From the NCBI GenBank assembly GCA_944354085.1, contig CALVPW010000086.1, positions 1 to 35,450 on the forward strand: 35,450 nucleotides of DNA. Direction: 5' to 3'. This stretch comes from an uncultured Clostridia bacterium. GTDB lineage: Bacteria; Bacillota; Clostridia; Christensenellales; Borkfalkiaceae. The notes under the pieces are model-generated. The model ran no database searches and was not told the DNA's origin. It saw only the letters and a list, made by a program, of their open reading frames with translations. Shown here piece after piece: positions 20,330 through 28,577 of this stretch (positions are counted from its first letter, which is position 1; each line of letters opens with the position of its first letter). The position numbers were made by a program, and so were the translations under genes.

Positions 20330-21418
20330 ATGAAAAAACACATCGCCGTTCTGGCAGGCGACGGCATCGGCCCCGAGATCACCGACGGCGCCATCGCCGT
20401 ATTGCAAAAAGTCGCCCGCGTATACGGGCACGAATTCACCTTTGAACACCTCCCCATCGGCATCTGCGCGCTCGAAGAGACGGGAGAGCCCCTCCCCGCG
20501 CATACCGTGGAGCGCTGCCTCGCCTCCGACAGCGTGCTGTTGGGCGCCGTGGGCGGCGCGGTGGGCGATAAGCGCATCCTCGCCCTCCCCGCCGAAAAGC
20601 GCCCCGAGGCGGGGCTGCTCGCCATCCGCAAGGCGCTCGGCTTGTATTCGAACATCCGCCCCGCCAAATTGTGGAAGGCGCTTGCCGACGCATCCCCGCT
20701 CAAACGCGAGCTCGTGGAGGGCGGGATCGAGATCGTCGTCGTCCGCGAACTGACGGGCGGCATCTACTTCGGCGAACGCGGCACGGGGCAGGACGCCGCG
20801 CTGGGCGCGACCGCGTGGGATACCGAAAAATATTCCGAAAAAGAGGTCGAACGCATCACGCGCATCGCCTGCGAACTTGCGATGAAGCGCACGAAGCGGG
20901 TGATCTCCGTCGATAAGGCGAACGTGCTCGAAAGCTCGCGCCTGTGGCGCAGGACGGTGCACGCCTATGCCGAAGCGCACTTCCCCGAAGTCACCGTCAC
21001 GGACATGCTCGTGGACAACGCGGCGATGCAGATCGTAAAAGATCCCGCGCAGTTCGACGTTCTGCTCACTTCCAACATGTTCGGCGACATCCTCTCCGAC
21101 GAAGCCGCGCAGGTGACGGGCTCCATCGGCATGCTCGCCTCCTCCTCGCTCGGGGATTCGACGCGCGGCTTGTACGAACCCATCCACGGCTCCGCGCCCG
21201 ACATCGCGGGGCAGGACAAAGCCAACCCCATCGCCACCATCCTCTCGGCGGCGATGATGCTCCGCGACTCCTTCTCCCTCCCGCAGGCGTGCGCCGCGGT
21301 GGAACGCGCCGTTGCCGAAGTGCTGGACGAGGGCTACCGCACGGCGGATATCGCCGCCGCGGGGACGAAATGCATCGGCTGCCGCGAGATGGCGCGGCGC
21401 ATCGCCGAAAAAATATAA
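20330..21418 (+). CDS. leuB: 3-isopropylmalate dehydrogenase
   Basis: IAVLAGDGIGPEI, VRELTGGIYFG, NMFGDILSDEAA, GSAPDIAGQDKANP. Confidence 0.95.
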   Translation: MKKHIAVLAGDGIGPEITDGAIAVLQKVARVYGHEFTFEHLPIGICALEETGEPLPAHTVERCLASDSVLLGAVGGAVGDKRILALPAEKRPEAGLLAIRKALGLYSNIRPAKLWKALADASPLKRELVEGGIEIVVVRELTGGIYFGERGTGQDAALGATAWDTEKYSEKEVERITRIACELAMKRTKRVISVDKANVLESSRLWRRTVHAYAEAHFPEVTVTDMLVDNAAMQIVKDPAQFDVLLTSNMFGDILSDEAAQVTGSIGMLASSSLGDSTRGLYEPIHGSAPDIAGQDKANPIATILSAAMMLRDSFSLPQACAAVERAVAEVLDEGYRTADIAAAGTKCIGCREMARRIAEKI

Positions 21419-21440
21419 AACGGGCGCCGCCCGTTTTTTT
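21416..21440 (+). terminator. Intrinsic terminator after leuB
   Basis: AAAACGGGC-GCC-GCCCGTTTTTTT. Confidence 0.7.
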
Positions 21441-21467
21441 ATGCGCGCAGCCTGTACGCGTTTCCCG

Positions 21468-21496
21468 TTGACAGCGCGCCCCTTTCGCGGTATAAT
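21468..21496 (+). promoter_or_regulatory. Putative promoter for the YggS-family gene
   Basis: -35 TTGACA (21468..21473), 17-nt spacer, -10 TATAAT (21491..21496). Confidence 0.55.
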
Positions 21497-21524
21497 AAGA
21501 GAAAACAGACTGTAAGGGCAGACC

Positions 21525-22202
21525 ATGAGCATCGCGCAGAACGTAAAAAGCTATTTGCAGGCGATCGCGGGCGGGAATTGCTTCGGCGAACCCGTCACGC
21601 TCGTTGCCGCCACCAAAACGCGCACGCCCGAAGAGATCAACGAGGCGATCGCGGCGGGCATCACCGATATCGGCGAGAACAAAGTGCAGGAATTCCGCGA
21701 CAAATTCGACCTTATAAAGGGCGGGAACCGCCACTTTATCGGGCATTTGCAGACGAACAAGATCAAATATCTCGTGGGGAAGACCTACCTTTTGCAGTCG
21801 CTCGACCGCGACGAGCTCGCCGAAGAGCTCTCCAAACGCTGCGTGCGCGCGAACGTCACGCAGGATGTGCTCATCGAAGTCAACATCGGCTGCGAAGAGA
21901 GCAAGAGCGGCTATCCCTTGGAAGCGGCGTGGGCGGCGTACGAGCGTATCCGCCGCACAAACGGGCTGCGCGTGCGCGGCTTTATGGCGATGCTCCCCCT
22001 GGCGGGCGACGACGCCGCAAAGGCAACGCTCGTCGACGAAATGCGCGCCCTGTTTGACCGCGCCCGCCGCGAAGACGAAAATATCCGCTTTCTTTCGATG
22101 GGCATGAGCGGCGATTGGGAGCTCTGCCTCGGACATGGCGCCAACATGATCCGTCTCGGGACGGCGCTCTTTGGCGAGCGCCATGCTCCCGCCTTTGCCT
22201 GA
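21525..22202 (+). CDS. YggS-family pyridoxal-phosphate homeostasis protein
   Basis: VTLVAATKTRTPEEINEAIAAGITDIGENKVQE, HFIGHLQTNKIKY, LSMGMSGDWE, IRLGTALFG. Confidence 0.85.
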   Translation: MSIAQNVKSYLQAIAGGNCFGEPVTLVAATKTRTPEEINEAIAAGITDIGENKVQEFRDKFDLIKGGNRHFIGHLQTNKIKYLVGKTYLLQSLDRDELAEELSKRCVRANVTQDVLIEVNIGCEESKSGYPLEAAWAAYERIRRTNGLRVRGFMAMLPLAGDDAAKATLVDEMRALFDRARREDENIRFLSMGMSGDWELCLGHGANMIRLGTALFGERHAPAFA

Positions 22203-22244
22203 CGCGCACAAAATCGCGCCGCGGCGCACATACTGAGGAAGAAC

Positions 22245-23138
22245 ATGCCATCTGCGATCACACATGCACTCGTTGCGGAGGAGGCGGCAAAGCGCCTCCC
22301 TTCCCGTTTGAAAACACTGTTCGACGAATATCCCGCAGTGTGTTTTTTGGGCGCGCAGGGACCCGATCCCTTCTTTTTTGCGACCGCCTCCAAGGAGGGG
22401 CAGAACTTTGGGAAATTTTTGCACCGCAGCCATATTTACGAGACGTTCTGCCTGTTCGTGCAATACCTGAAAAAGCTGCCCGACGACAAAGCGCGCGTCG
22501 TTTTGGCGTACTGTCTGGGATACGTGGCGCACCACTGTACCGACGTGGCGTTCCACCCCTTCGTATATCGCTTTATCGAGCAGAACAAGCTGCACCAACG
22601 GGCGCACCAGCGCATCGAAAACGACTGGGACGTATACTTTGCCAGAAAGCTGCGGGCAAGAGAGGTGGAATTTTACCCCTTTCCCGCCCTTCCCCCGCTC
22701 GAAGACGACGTAAAACCGCTTTGGAAATACGTTTCGGCAGAGCTCGGAAAGATCGTCCCCCACGGGACGCTGAAAAGCGCGCTCATCGGCTTTGAAAAAT
22801 ATCTGCACATCCTGCACAAACACTGTTACCGCACCCAACGGCGCTGGGCGCGCTTCGATAAGCTCTTCCGCCTGCACGCGCTCTCCTATTTTTACCCCGC
22901 GCGCGATCCCATGCCCGACGTGCTCTTCGGCGAGGCGTTCGAGGCGGCGGCGAACGGCGACGGGCTCCCGCCCGTACACACCGCAGACGAACTCTTTGAA
23001 CGCGCCGTGAGCACGAGCGTGTACCGCATGCTGCTGCTTGCCGACGCCGTGGGCGGCGCGACCCTCCCGCGCGAACAGTTCGACCGCCACTTCCTGACGG
23101 GGGAACACGTGACGGAAGGGATGAACGACAAAGAATAA
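22245..23138 (+). CDS. Zinc-dependent phospholipase C-like family protein (function uncertain)
   Basis: N-terminal ITHALVAEEA, GAQGPDPFFF, YCLGYVAHHCTDVAFHPFV and HQRIENDWD resemble the His/Asp metal ligand pattern of the Zn-dependent PLC-like superfamily. GAGGAAGAAC SD. High GC3. Confidence 0.55.
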   Translation: MPSAITHALVAEEAAKRLPSRLKTLFDEYPAVCFLGAQGPDPFFFATASKEGQNFGKFLHRSHIYETFCLFVQYLKKLPDDKARVVLAYCLGYVAHHCTDVAFHPFVYRFIEQNKLHQRAHQRIENDWDVYFARKLRAREVEFYPFPALPPLEDDVKPLWKYVSAELGKIVPHGTLKSALIGFEKYLHILHKHCYRTQRRWARFDKLFRLHALSYFYPARDPMPDVLFGEAFEAAANGDGLPPVHTADELFERAVSTSVYRMLLLADAVGGATLPREQFDRHFLTGEHVTEGMNDKE

Positions 23139-23166
23139 AACCGCCCGAAGGCGGTTTTTTATTTTT
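23136..23166. terminator. Bidirectional terminator between the PLC-like gene and convergent queH
   Basis: AAAACCGCC-CGAA-GGCGGTTTTTTATTTTT. The queH stop codon (23161..23159) lies in the T-run. Confidence 0.75.
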
Positions 23167-23761
23167 GTTCCGACGGGCGCATCGAATAGACGCAGCCGCA
23201 GTAATTTTGGCGGTACAGCCCGAACGCTTTGGAGAGCTCCAGTGAATGCTGATATCCGCCCCGTTTTTTGAAGTCGCTCGGCAGATAGCGTACACCCGTC
23301 TCTCGGGCGATTTCGGCGCCGATGCGGTTGATGCGTTCGGCGTCCTTTAAGGGCGAGAGGGTGAGCGTGGTGGCGAACGCGTCGTACCCGAGCCGCTTTG
23401 CCGCCAGCGCGGTGTGCGTGAGGCGGAGGCGGAAACACCGCGTACAGCGCGCGCCGCCCTCGGCTTCCGCTTCGTATCCCGCGGCGACGGCGGCGAAATC
23501 TTCGGGCGAGTAGGAACACGCCTCGACCGTCGCCCAGCCCGTCTCGCGCACGAGGCGCAGCAGCTCCTCTTCGCGTTTGGCGTACTCCGCCGCGTCCGAA
23601 AGATTGGGGTTATAAAAGTACACGCCCAGCTGCATTTTGCCGAAAAGTTCGCTCAGACAGTGCGACGCGCACGGCGCGCAGCACGCCTGCAAGAGGAGTT
23701 TTCCCCCACCCATGTCCGCGAGCATGCGCTGCATCTCGGCATCGTAGTTGATCTTGTTCAT
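23159..23761 (-). CDS. queH: Epoxyqueuosine reductase QueH (DUF208 family)
   Basis: LLLQACCAPCASHCL, FYNPNL...EYAKR, CTRCFRLRL, FATTLTLSPLK, YRQNYCGCVYS. Start re-set to ATG 23761, which overlaps the leuA stop as ATGA. Confidence 0.8.
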   Translation of the reverse strand: MNKINYDAEMQRMLADMGGGKLLLQACCAPCASHCLSELFGKMQLGVYFYNPNLSDAAEYAKREEELLRLVRETGWATVEACSYSPEDFAAVAAGYEAEAEGGARCTRCFRLRLTHTALAAKRLGYDAFATTLTLSPLKDAERINRIGAEIARETGVRYLPSDFKKRGGYQHSLELSKAFGLYRQNYCGCVYSMRPSEQK

Positions 23762-25413
23762 GCGTCCAAAAGGTTGTTGAGCGCCGAGACGAGCGCCTGT
23801 ACCGCCGCCCGCGTGATATCCGAATTTTCGCCCGCGCCCCAGAAGATATGCTCGCGGCACTCCACGCCGAGGTAGCTGATCGCCTGCGCGAACGAGCCAG
23901 ACGAGAGCGCGTGCTGCTCGTATCCCGTGAGATTATACTGCACGCCGAAATGCTTTTTTAAGGCGTTGGAGACGGCGTCCAGCCGTCCGTTGCCCGTCGC
24001 CTCGACCACGGTGCGCTTTGCGCCCTCTTTGATCTCCACGATCGCCGTGATGCCGTTCTCCTGTTTGTAGTGCACCTCGCCCAGGTCGAAATGCGCGCGC
24101 GGCGTTAAAAACCGCTTGCCGAACACCTCGAAGATCTCGGGCGCTTTGAGCTCGCGGTGCTCCACGTCGGAAACGTGTTTGACGGCGTAGCCCACCGCCT
24201 CCTTCATGCGGACGGGAAGTTTGATGCCGTACGCGTGTTCGAGGACGTACCCGACGCCCCCCTTGCCCGATTGGGAATTGATACGAATGACGTCGGAATC
24301 GTATTCCCTGCCCACGTCCTTGGGGTCGATGGGAAGATAGGGAACGTCCCATACGGTGCGCCCCGTTTCCTCGCGGAATTTCATGCCCTTGGCGATAGCG
24401 TCCTGATGCGAGCCCGAGAACGCCGCGAACACCAGCTCGCCCGCATACGGCTGACGGGGCGAGATGAGCATGCCCGTATACGTCTGATAGAGCGCCGCCA
24501 CATAGGGCATGTTGGAAAAATCCAGCGCGGGATCGACGCCCTGCGAATACATGTTCATCGCAAGCGTGACCACGTCGCAGTTACCCGTGCGCTCCCCGTT
24601 GCCGAACAGCGTGCCTTCCACGCGGTCTGCGCCCGCCAAAAGCCCGAACTCCGCCGTGGCGACGCCCGTGCCGCGGTCGTTGTGCGGGTGCAGGGAGATG
24701 ACGACGTTCTCGCGGTATTTTAAGTGCTTGTGCATGTATTCGATCTGCTGCGCGTAGACGTGCGGCATGGCGTTTTCCACGGTGGCGGGCAGGTTGATGA
24801 TCGCCTTTCTGTCCTTTGTGGGCTGCCATACGTCGAGCACCGCGTTGCACACTTCGAGCGCGTATTCGGGCTCGGTGCCCGTAAAACTCTCGGGCGAGTA
24901 CTCAAAGCGGTACTTCTCCCCCGCCTCGTCGGTGAGCGTCTTCAAAAGGCGCGCGCCGTCGACGGCGATCTTTTTGATCGCCTCCTTATCCTTGCGGAAG
25001 ACCTGCTCGCGCTGGGCGACGGAAGTGGAATTGTACACATGCACGATGACGTTTTTTGCGCCGCGGATGGCTTCGAACGTCTTTTTGATGATATGTTCGC
25101 GCGCCTGCGTGAGCACCTGGATGGTCACGTCGGCGGGGATGAGGTTGCGGTCGATGAGCGCGCGCAGAAAGTCGTACTCCGTTTCGCTCGCGGCGGGAAA
25201 TCCCACCTCGATCTCCTTGAAGCCGATCTCCACCAACAGGTTGAAAAATTCGATCTTGGTCTCCAACCCCATGGGCTCGATGAGCGCCTGATTGCCGTCG
25301 CGCAGGTCCACGCTGCACCACACGGGCGCGCGTTCCACCATGCTCTTTTTCGCCCAATCCATGCACGCCTCGGGCGGCAGGATAAACTGTTTGCAATACT
25401 TTTTCACGTCCAT
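23758..25413 (-). CDS. leuA: 2-isopropylmalate synthase (long, LeuA type-2-like form)
   Basis: APVWCSVDLRDGNQALIEPM, GFKEIEVGFPAASETEYDF, LHPHNDRGTGVA, plus a C-terminal regulatory domain. Start re-set to ATG 25413 (MDVKKYCKQF) with AAGAGGTAA SD. Confidence 0.93.
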   Translation of the reverse strand: MDVKKYCKQFILPPEACMDWAKKSMVERAPVWCSVDLRDGNQALIEPMGLETKIEFFNLLVEIGFKEIEVGFPAASETEYDFLRALIDRNLIPADVTIQVLTQAREHIIKKTFEAIRGAKNVIVHVYNSTSVAQREQVFRKDKEAIKKIAVDGARLLKTLTDEAGEKYRFEYSPESFTGTEPEYALEVCNAVLDVWQPTKDRKAIINLPATVENAMPHVYAQQIEYMHKHLKYRENVVISLHPHNDRGTGVATAEFGLLAGADRVEGTLFGNGERTGNCDVVTLAMNMYSQGVDPALDFSNMPYVAALYQTYTGMLISPRQPYAGELVFAAFSGSHQDAIAKGMKFREETGRTVWDVPYLPIDPKDVGREYDSDVIRINSQSGKGGVGYVLEHAYGIKLPVRMKEAVGYAVKHVSDVEHRELKAPEIFEVFGKRFLTPRAHFDLGEVHYKQENGITAIVEIKEGAKRTVVEATGNGRLDAVSNALKKHFGVQYNLTGYEQHALSSGSFAQAISYLGVECREHIFWGAGENSDITRAAVQALVSALNNLLDA

Positions 25414-25439
25414 ATCCGTTACCTCTTTGATGTTTTCCC

Positions 25440-25708
25440 CTCTTTGCGCGGGTACAAAAAAGCGTCTCCTTCCATGAAAGAGACGCTTTGCGCGCGGTAC
25501 CACTCTTGTTGCGGGACGACGCCCGCCGCTTTACGGGCACGATCATGCCCTTCCCCTATAACGGCGGGACGCCGTTCTTCCTTACTCGTGTTCGGGAAGA
25601 CCGCTCCGCGGTGAGTTCGCTCCCGCCCCGCTGCCGCCTCGCACCGAACGGCGGCTCTCTGTAAGCCGAAGGACTTGGAAGGTACTGTTCCGCTTCACAG
25701 CGTTATCT
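25440..25708 (-). promoter_or_regulatory. T-box riboswitch leader, predicted leucine specifier (CUC)
   Basis: Minus-strand leader contains stem-I elements AGUA, AGAGAG and GGUGCGA. The specifier context is GAA-CUC-A (CUC = 25615..25613). Conserved T-box sequence AGAGUGGUACCGCGCG at 25506..25491. Terminator AGCGUCUC-11 nt-GAGACGCU-UUUUUU at 25487..25455. Confidence 0.85.
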
Positions 25709-25715
25709 TGTTTTC

Positions 25716-25744
25716 ATCATAGCATAGTCGCCTGCAAAATGCAA
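25716..25744 (-). promoter_or_regulatory. Putative promoter of the T-box-leuA-queH transcript
   Basis: -35 TTGCAT (25744..25739), 17-nt spacer, -10 TATGAT (25721..25716). Confidence 0.55.
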
Positions 25745-25761
25745 GCAATTTGCGCGATCTT

Positions 25762-26301
25762 TTAGTAATTTTCGGGCTTGACCTGGAAGTACGCCTTGGG
25801 ATGCGCGCACACGGGGCAGACCTCGGGCGCTTCGCTCGCCTTGACGATGGCGCCGCAGTTGAGGCACTGCCAGTACACCTCGCCGTCCTTGACGAACACC
25901 CTGCCCTCTTCCACGTTTTTGAGCAGCGCACGATAACGCGCCTCGTGCTCCTTTTCGACGGAAGCGACTTTCTCGAACATCTCGGCGATGGCGTCGAACC
26001 CCTCTTCGCGCGCGACTTTCGCAAACGTGGGATACATATCCGTCCACTCGTCGTTCTCGCCTGCAGCAGCCGCCGCAAGATTTTCCGCCGTCGTGCCGAT
26101 GCCGCCCGCGATGAGCTTATACCACATTTTTGCGTGCTCGCGCTCGTTGCCCGACGTCTCCTCGAAGATCGCCGCGATCTGGTTGAATCCGTCCTTTTTC
26201 GCCTTGGAGGCAAAATAAGCGTACTTGTTCGTCGCCATGCTCTCCCCCGCGAACGCCGCCATCAGATTTTCCAACGTCTTTGTGCCTTTGAGTTCTTTCA
26301 T
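25762..26301 (-). CDS. rbr: Rubrerythrin
   Basis: N-terminal ferritin-like di-iron domain ([34 protein letters not shown]) plus C-terminal rubredoxin CxxC...CxxC (CLNCG...CPVCAHP). Confidence 0.9.
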   Translation of the reverse strand: MKELKGTKTLENLMAAFAGESMATNKYAYFASKAKKDGFNQIAAIFEETSGNEREHAKMWYKLIAGGIGTTAENLAAAAAGENDEWTDMYPTFAKVAREEGFDAIAEMFEKVASVEKEHEARYRALLKNVEEGRVFVKDGEVYWQCLNCGAIVKASEAPEVCPVCAHPKAYFQVKPENY

Positions 26302-26313
26302 CGTGATCTCCTT

Positions 26314-26727
26314 TTATCTTTCATTTGCGCCTTGGCGCATGTTTCCCGTTGTTTTGGCGCATGCCGCGCAGACGCCGTAAAACTCCACCTCGCACCCTTC
26401 GATGCAAAATCCCGCGCTCTTCGCCTCCGCCGAAAGGGCGGAAAAATCGGGCAGAAATACGTCGCTCACGCCCCCGCAGACGCGGCACCTGCCGTGCGCG
26501 TGCGGTGCGAGCGTATGATCGTAGCGGGTGTCGCTGCCGAACAGCGTGACCCTGCGCGCCTGTCCGCCCTCCGCAAACCCGTTGAGGACGCGGAAGACCG
26601 TCCCGCGGGAGATCGTGGGATGCTCGCCGTGCACGCGCTCGTAGACCTCGGTCGCCGTGGGGTGATCGAGCGCTCTGAGCGCATCGTATACCATCTGTTT
26701 TTGCTTGGTATGGCGTACCGCTCCCAT
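26314..26727 (-). CDS. Fur-family transcriptional regulator (PerR-like, judged by context with rubrerythrin)
   Basis: wHTH KQKQMVYDALRALDHPTATEVYERV...ISRGTVFRVLNGF and two CxxC pairs (CRVCGG, CAAC). 12 nt upstream of rbr. Confidence 0.8.
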   Translation of the reverse strand: MGAVRHTKQKQMVYDALRALDHPTATEVYERVHGEHPTISRGTVFRVLNGFAEGGQARRVTLFGSDTRYDHTLAPHAHGRCRVCGGVSDVFLPDFSALSAEAKSAGFCIEGCEVEFYGVCAACAKTTGNMRQGANER

Positions 26728-26738
26728 CCTTGCCCCTT

Positions 26739-26760
26739 AATAAGACTTATTCTTGATAAG
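26739..26760. promoter_or_regulatory. Overlapping AT-rich inverted repeats, candidate Fur/PerR operator
   Basis: AATAAG-A-CTTATT (26739..26751) and CTTAT-TCTTG-ATAAG (26746..26760). They span the predicted transcription start of the perR-like gene. Confidence 0.4.
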
Positions 26761-26789
26761 AGTATAGCATAAAAAAAGAAGGCTGTCAA
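26761..26789 (-). promoter_or_regulatory. Putative promoter for perR-like-rbr
   Basis: -35 TTGACA (26789..26784), 17-nt spacer, -10 TATACT (26766..26761). The -35 is the loop of the upstream terminator hairpin. Confidence 0.5.
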
Positions 26790-26800
26790 GCCTTCTTTCA
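26771..26800 (-). terminator. Intrinsic terminator after the DUF1292 gene
   Basis: Minus strand AGAAGGC-TTGACA-GCCTTCT followed by TTTTTTAT. Confidence 0.7.
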
Positions 26801-26809
26801 AAAATATTT

Positions 26810-27142
26810 TTATTCTTTGCCGTCGAGCGCCGCGGCTTCGTCGGCGTCCTCAAAGTCCTCGTACTGGGCGCAGAACTCTGCGAACACCTCGTCGAGTTCG
26901 TCGTCGTCCTCGATCTGCACGAGGCGCTCGTCGTCCTCTTCGCCCTCGATGCGGTAGATGGCGACCTCTTCGCCCTCGTCGTCCTCCCCTTCCTCGGCAT
27001 CTTTGACCTCGGTGAGGGCGCAGTACCAGCCGCCCTTGTATTCGAACGTCATCAGGTGTTCGAAACGGAAGGTGTTACCGTCGTCATCGACGAGTTCGAC
27101 GATGTTTTCCTCTTCGTTGTAATCGTTGCGTTCCTCTTTCAT
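26810..27142 (-). CDS. DUF1292 (YrzB/UPF0473-like) acidic protein
   Basis: VELVDDDGNTFRFEHLMTFEYKGGWYCALTEV...EVAIYRIEGEEDDERLVQIEDDDELDEVFAEF. ATG 27142 is preferred (8 nt after AAGGAG; ATGA overlap with the ruvX stop). ATG 27148 is possible. Conserved ruvX-DUF1292 pairing. Confidence 0.75.
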   Translation of the reverse strand: MKEERNDYNEEENIVELVDDDGNTFRFEHLMTFEYKGGWYCALTEVKDAEEGEDDEGEEVAIYRIEGEEDDERLVQIEDDDELDEVFAEFCAQYEDFEDADEAAALDGKE

Positions 27143-27579
27143 ATCCATTTCTCCTTCTTTTTTGCTTTGGCGAGATAGCTTTCGAGAATGTACGCCGCGG
27201 CGATGGAATCCACCTGCTTTTTGCGCTTATCCTTTTTGACGGAAACGCCCATCTCGTTGAGATCTCCCCGCGCGGCGCGGGTGGTGTAACGCTCGTCTTC
27301 GAACACGACGGCGAGCCCTTCCGCCTCCAGCAGCGCGGCGAAGCGGCGCGTCTTCTCGCTCTGGACGCTCTCGCTGCCGTCCTCGTTGAGGGGGAGCCCC
27401 ACCACGACCGTCCGCACGCCGCGCGCCGCGGCGCGCGCGGCGAGCGCCTTTGCGTCGCGCAGGCGGTCGCCCGTACGGAAATAGGTATCGGACGGGACGG
27501 CGTAGTCGCCGAACGGGTCGCTGAATGCCACGCCGATGCGTTTGTCGCCCACGTCGAAGGCGGCGATCTGTTCCAACAT
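27139..27579 (-). CDS. ruvX: Putative pre-16S rRNA nuclease / Holliday junction resolvase-like RuvX (YqgF)
   Basis: MLEQIAAFDVGDKRIGVAFSD..., VVGLPLNEDGSES, DERYTT, D...AAYILESYL. Start re-set to ATG 27579 to match the family N-terminus. Confidence 0.85.
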   Translation of the reverse strand: MLEQIAAFDVGDKRIGVAFSDPFGDYAVPSDTYFRTGDRLRDAKALAARAAARGVRTVVVGLPLNEDGSESVQSEKTRRFAALLEAEGLAVVFEDERYTTRAARGDLNEMGVSVKKDKRKKQVDSIAAAYILESYLAKAKKKEKWI

Positions 27580-27585
27580 AATTTG

Positions 27586-27614
27586 ATTATACCATGTTTT
27601 TTGCAAGAAGTAAA
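27586..27614 (-). promoter_or_regulatory. Putative extended -10 promoter of ruvX with leaderless geometry
   Basis: -35 TTTACT (27614..27609), 17-nt spacer, TGg-TATAAT (-10 at 27591..27586). The 7th nt after the -10 is the A of ATG 27579. No SD is present. Confidence 0.45.
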
Positions 27615-27639
27615 CGGTTTTGCACAACTTTTACGGCGG

Positions 27640-27676
27640 CAAAAGGGCGCTCCCCGCTTTTATGCGGGGAGCGCCG
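27640..27676 (-). terminator. Intrinsic terminator after the small YtxH-like gene
   Basis: Minus strand GGCGCTCCCCGC-ATAAAA-GCGGGGAGCGCC followed by CTTTTG. Confidence 0.65.
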
Positions 27677-27679
27677 TCC

Positions 27680-27880
27680 TTACTTCGCCTGCGCGGCTTT
27701 TTTTGCCTGCGCGCCCTCTTCGGGACGGGCGGCAAGGCGTTCGTCCATCATCTCGTCCACCTTTTTGAGCACTTCCTGCTGGCTCTTTTTGACGAGCGAA
27801 CGCGCCTTGTAGCTGTTGGCGACGATGAGCGCGCCCGCCGCCATGCCGAGCGCGACTCCCAAACAAAAAAGTTTTTCCAT
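27680..27880 (-). CDS. Small membrane-anchored protein (YtxH-like: N-terminal Gly/Ala-rich helix plus charged helical tail)
   Basis: 66 aa: MEKLFCLGVALGMAAGALIVANSYKARSLVKKSQQEVLKKVDEMMDERL... GGAGGGAAGC SD. Confidence 0.5.
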   Translation of the reverse strand: MEKLFCLGVALGMAAGALIVANSYKARSLVKKSQQEVLKKVDEMMDERLAARPEEGAQAKKAAQAK

Positions 27881-27937
27881 GCTTCCCTCCGTGGCGGCAT
27901 CCGCCGCCCGAAGGTAGTTTGTGAAAGCACGCGCCGC

Positions 27938-28516
27938 TTATGCTCCGCCGCCGCTGCGCAATTTTTCCAATTCGGCGCGCAGGCGCGCGTTCTCTTCCTT
28001 CAGATCCGCCGCGATGCGTTCGTAGAGCGCGTCGATCTCCCGCTCTAAGCGGCGCTGCAAGAACGTCTTTTCGACAGGGACGCCCGCCTCTTCGGCGACG
28101 CGCCGCACCCGCTCGGGCTGCTTTTTGACGAGGTTGCGGTACTTGTTCTGCATGCGCAGCATGAGCTTCTCGTCCCCCTCCGAAAGATCGCGGATGGCTT
28201 TGCGGACGGATACCCCCTTGCTGCGCTCCAACAGTACTTTTTTGAGCATCTCGTCCGCCTCCTCCTCGGTGAACGGTCTGATCTCGCCCGCTTTCAGACC
28301 CTTGCCCTGCAAAATGCGCCGCACGCGCGCATCCTCCGTGCGCCGCAAAAAGGCGTAATAATAGTTGCGCACGCTCCCTTTGGCGCGGTTGTGCGCCTTC
28401 CCGTACGTTTCGAACAGATAGGAGAGCGTTTTCCCCGCGTTCCTGCCCGAATAAATGTACTCGATGAGCCCCTCTGCCTCTTCCTCGGTATATCCGTTGA
28501 TCTTGCTCACTGCCAT
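27938..28516 (-). CDS. Hypothetical protein with two SANT/Myb-like helical repeats and a C-terminal coiled coil
   Basis: Internal repeat GYTEEEAEGLIEY...GKTLSYL...VRNYYYAFLRR versus PFTEEEADEMLKKV...GVSVRKA...MQNKYRNLVKK. C-terminal heptad-like LEREIDALYERIAADLKEENARLRAELEKL. GGAGG SD. High GC3. Confidence 0.6.
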   Translation of the reverse strand: MAVSKINGYTEEEAEGLIEYIYSGRNAGKTLSYLFETYGKAHNRAKGSVRNYYYAFLRRTEDARVRRILQGKGLKAGEIRPFTEEEADEMLKKVLLERSKGVSVRKAIRDLSEGDEKLMLRMQNKYRNLVKKQPERVRRVAEEAGVPVEKTFLQRRLEREIDALYERIAADLKEENARLRAELEKLRSGGGA

Positions 28517-28577
28517 ACGATGACCTCCGCGCAGATGATTGACATAATCTTGCCCGAATATACATTGAATAATAGCA

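Noticed and set aside
21066-23519. 817-aa ORF on the minus strand spanning the leuB 3' end, the YggS gene, the PLC-like gene, two terminators and part of queH
   Set aside because: It is extremely Arg/Ala/Gly/Pro-rich with no domain motifs. It runs antisense to three well-supported genes and straight through intergenic terminators. This is a typical stop-poor shadow frame of GC-rich DNA.
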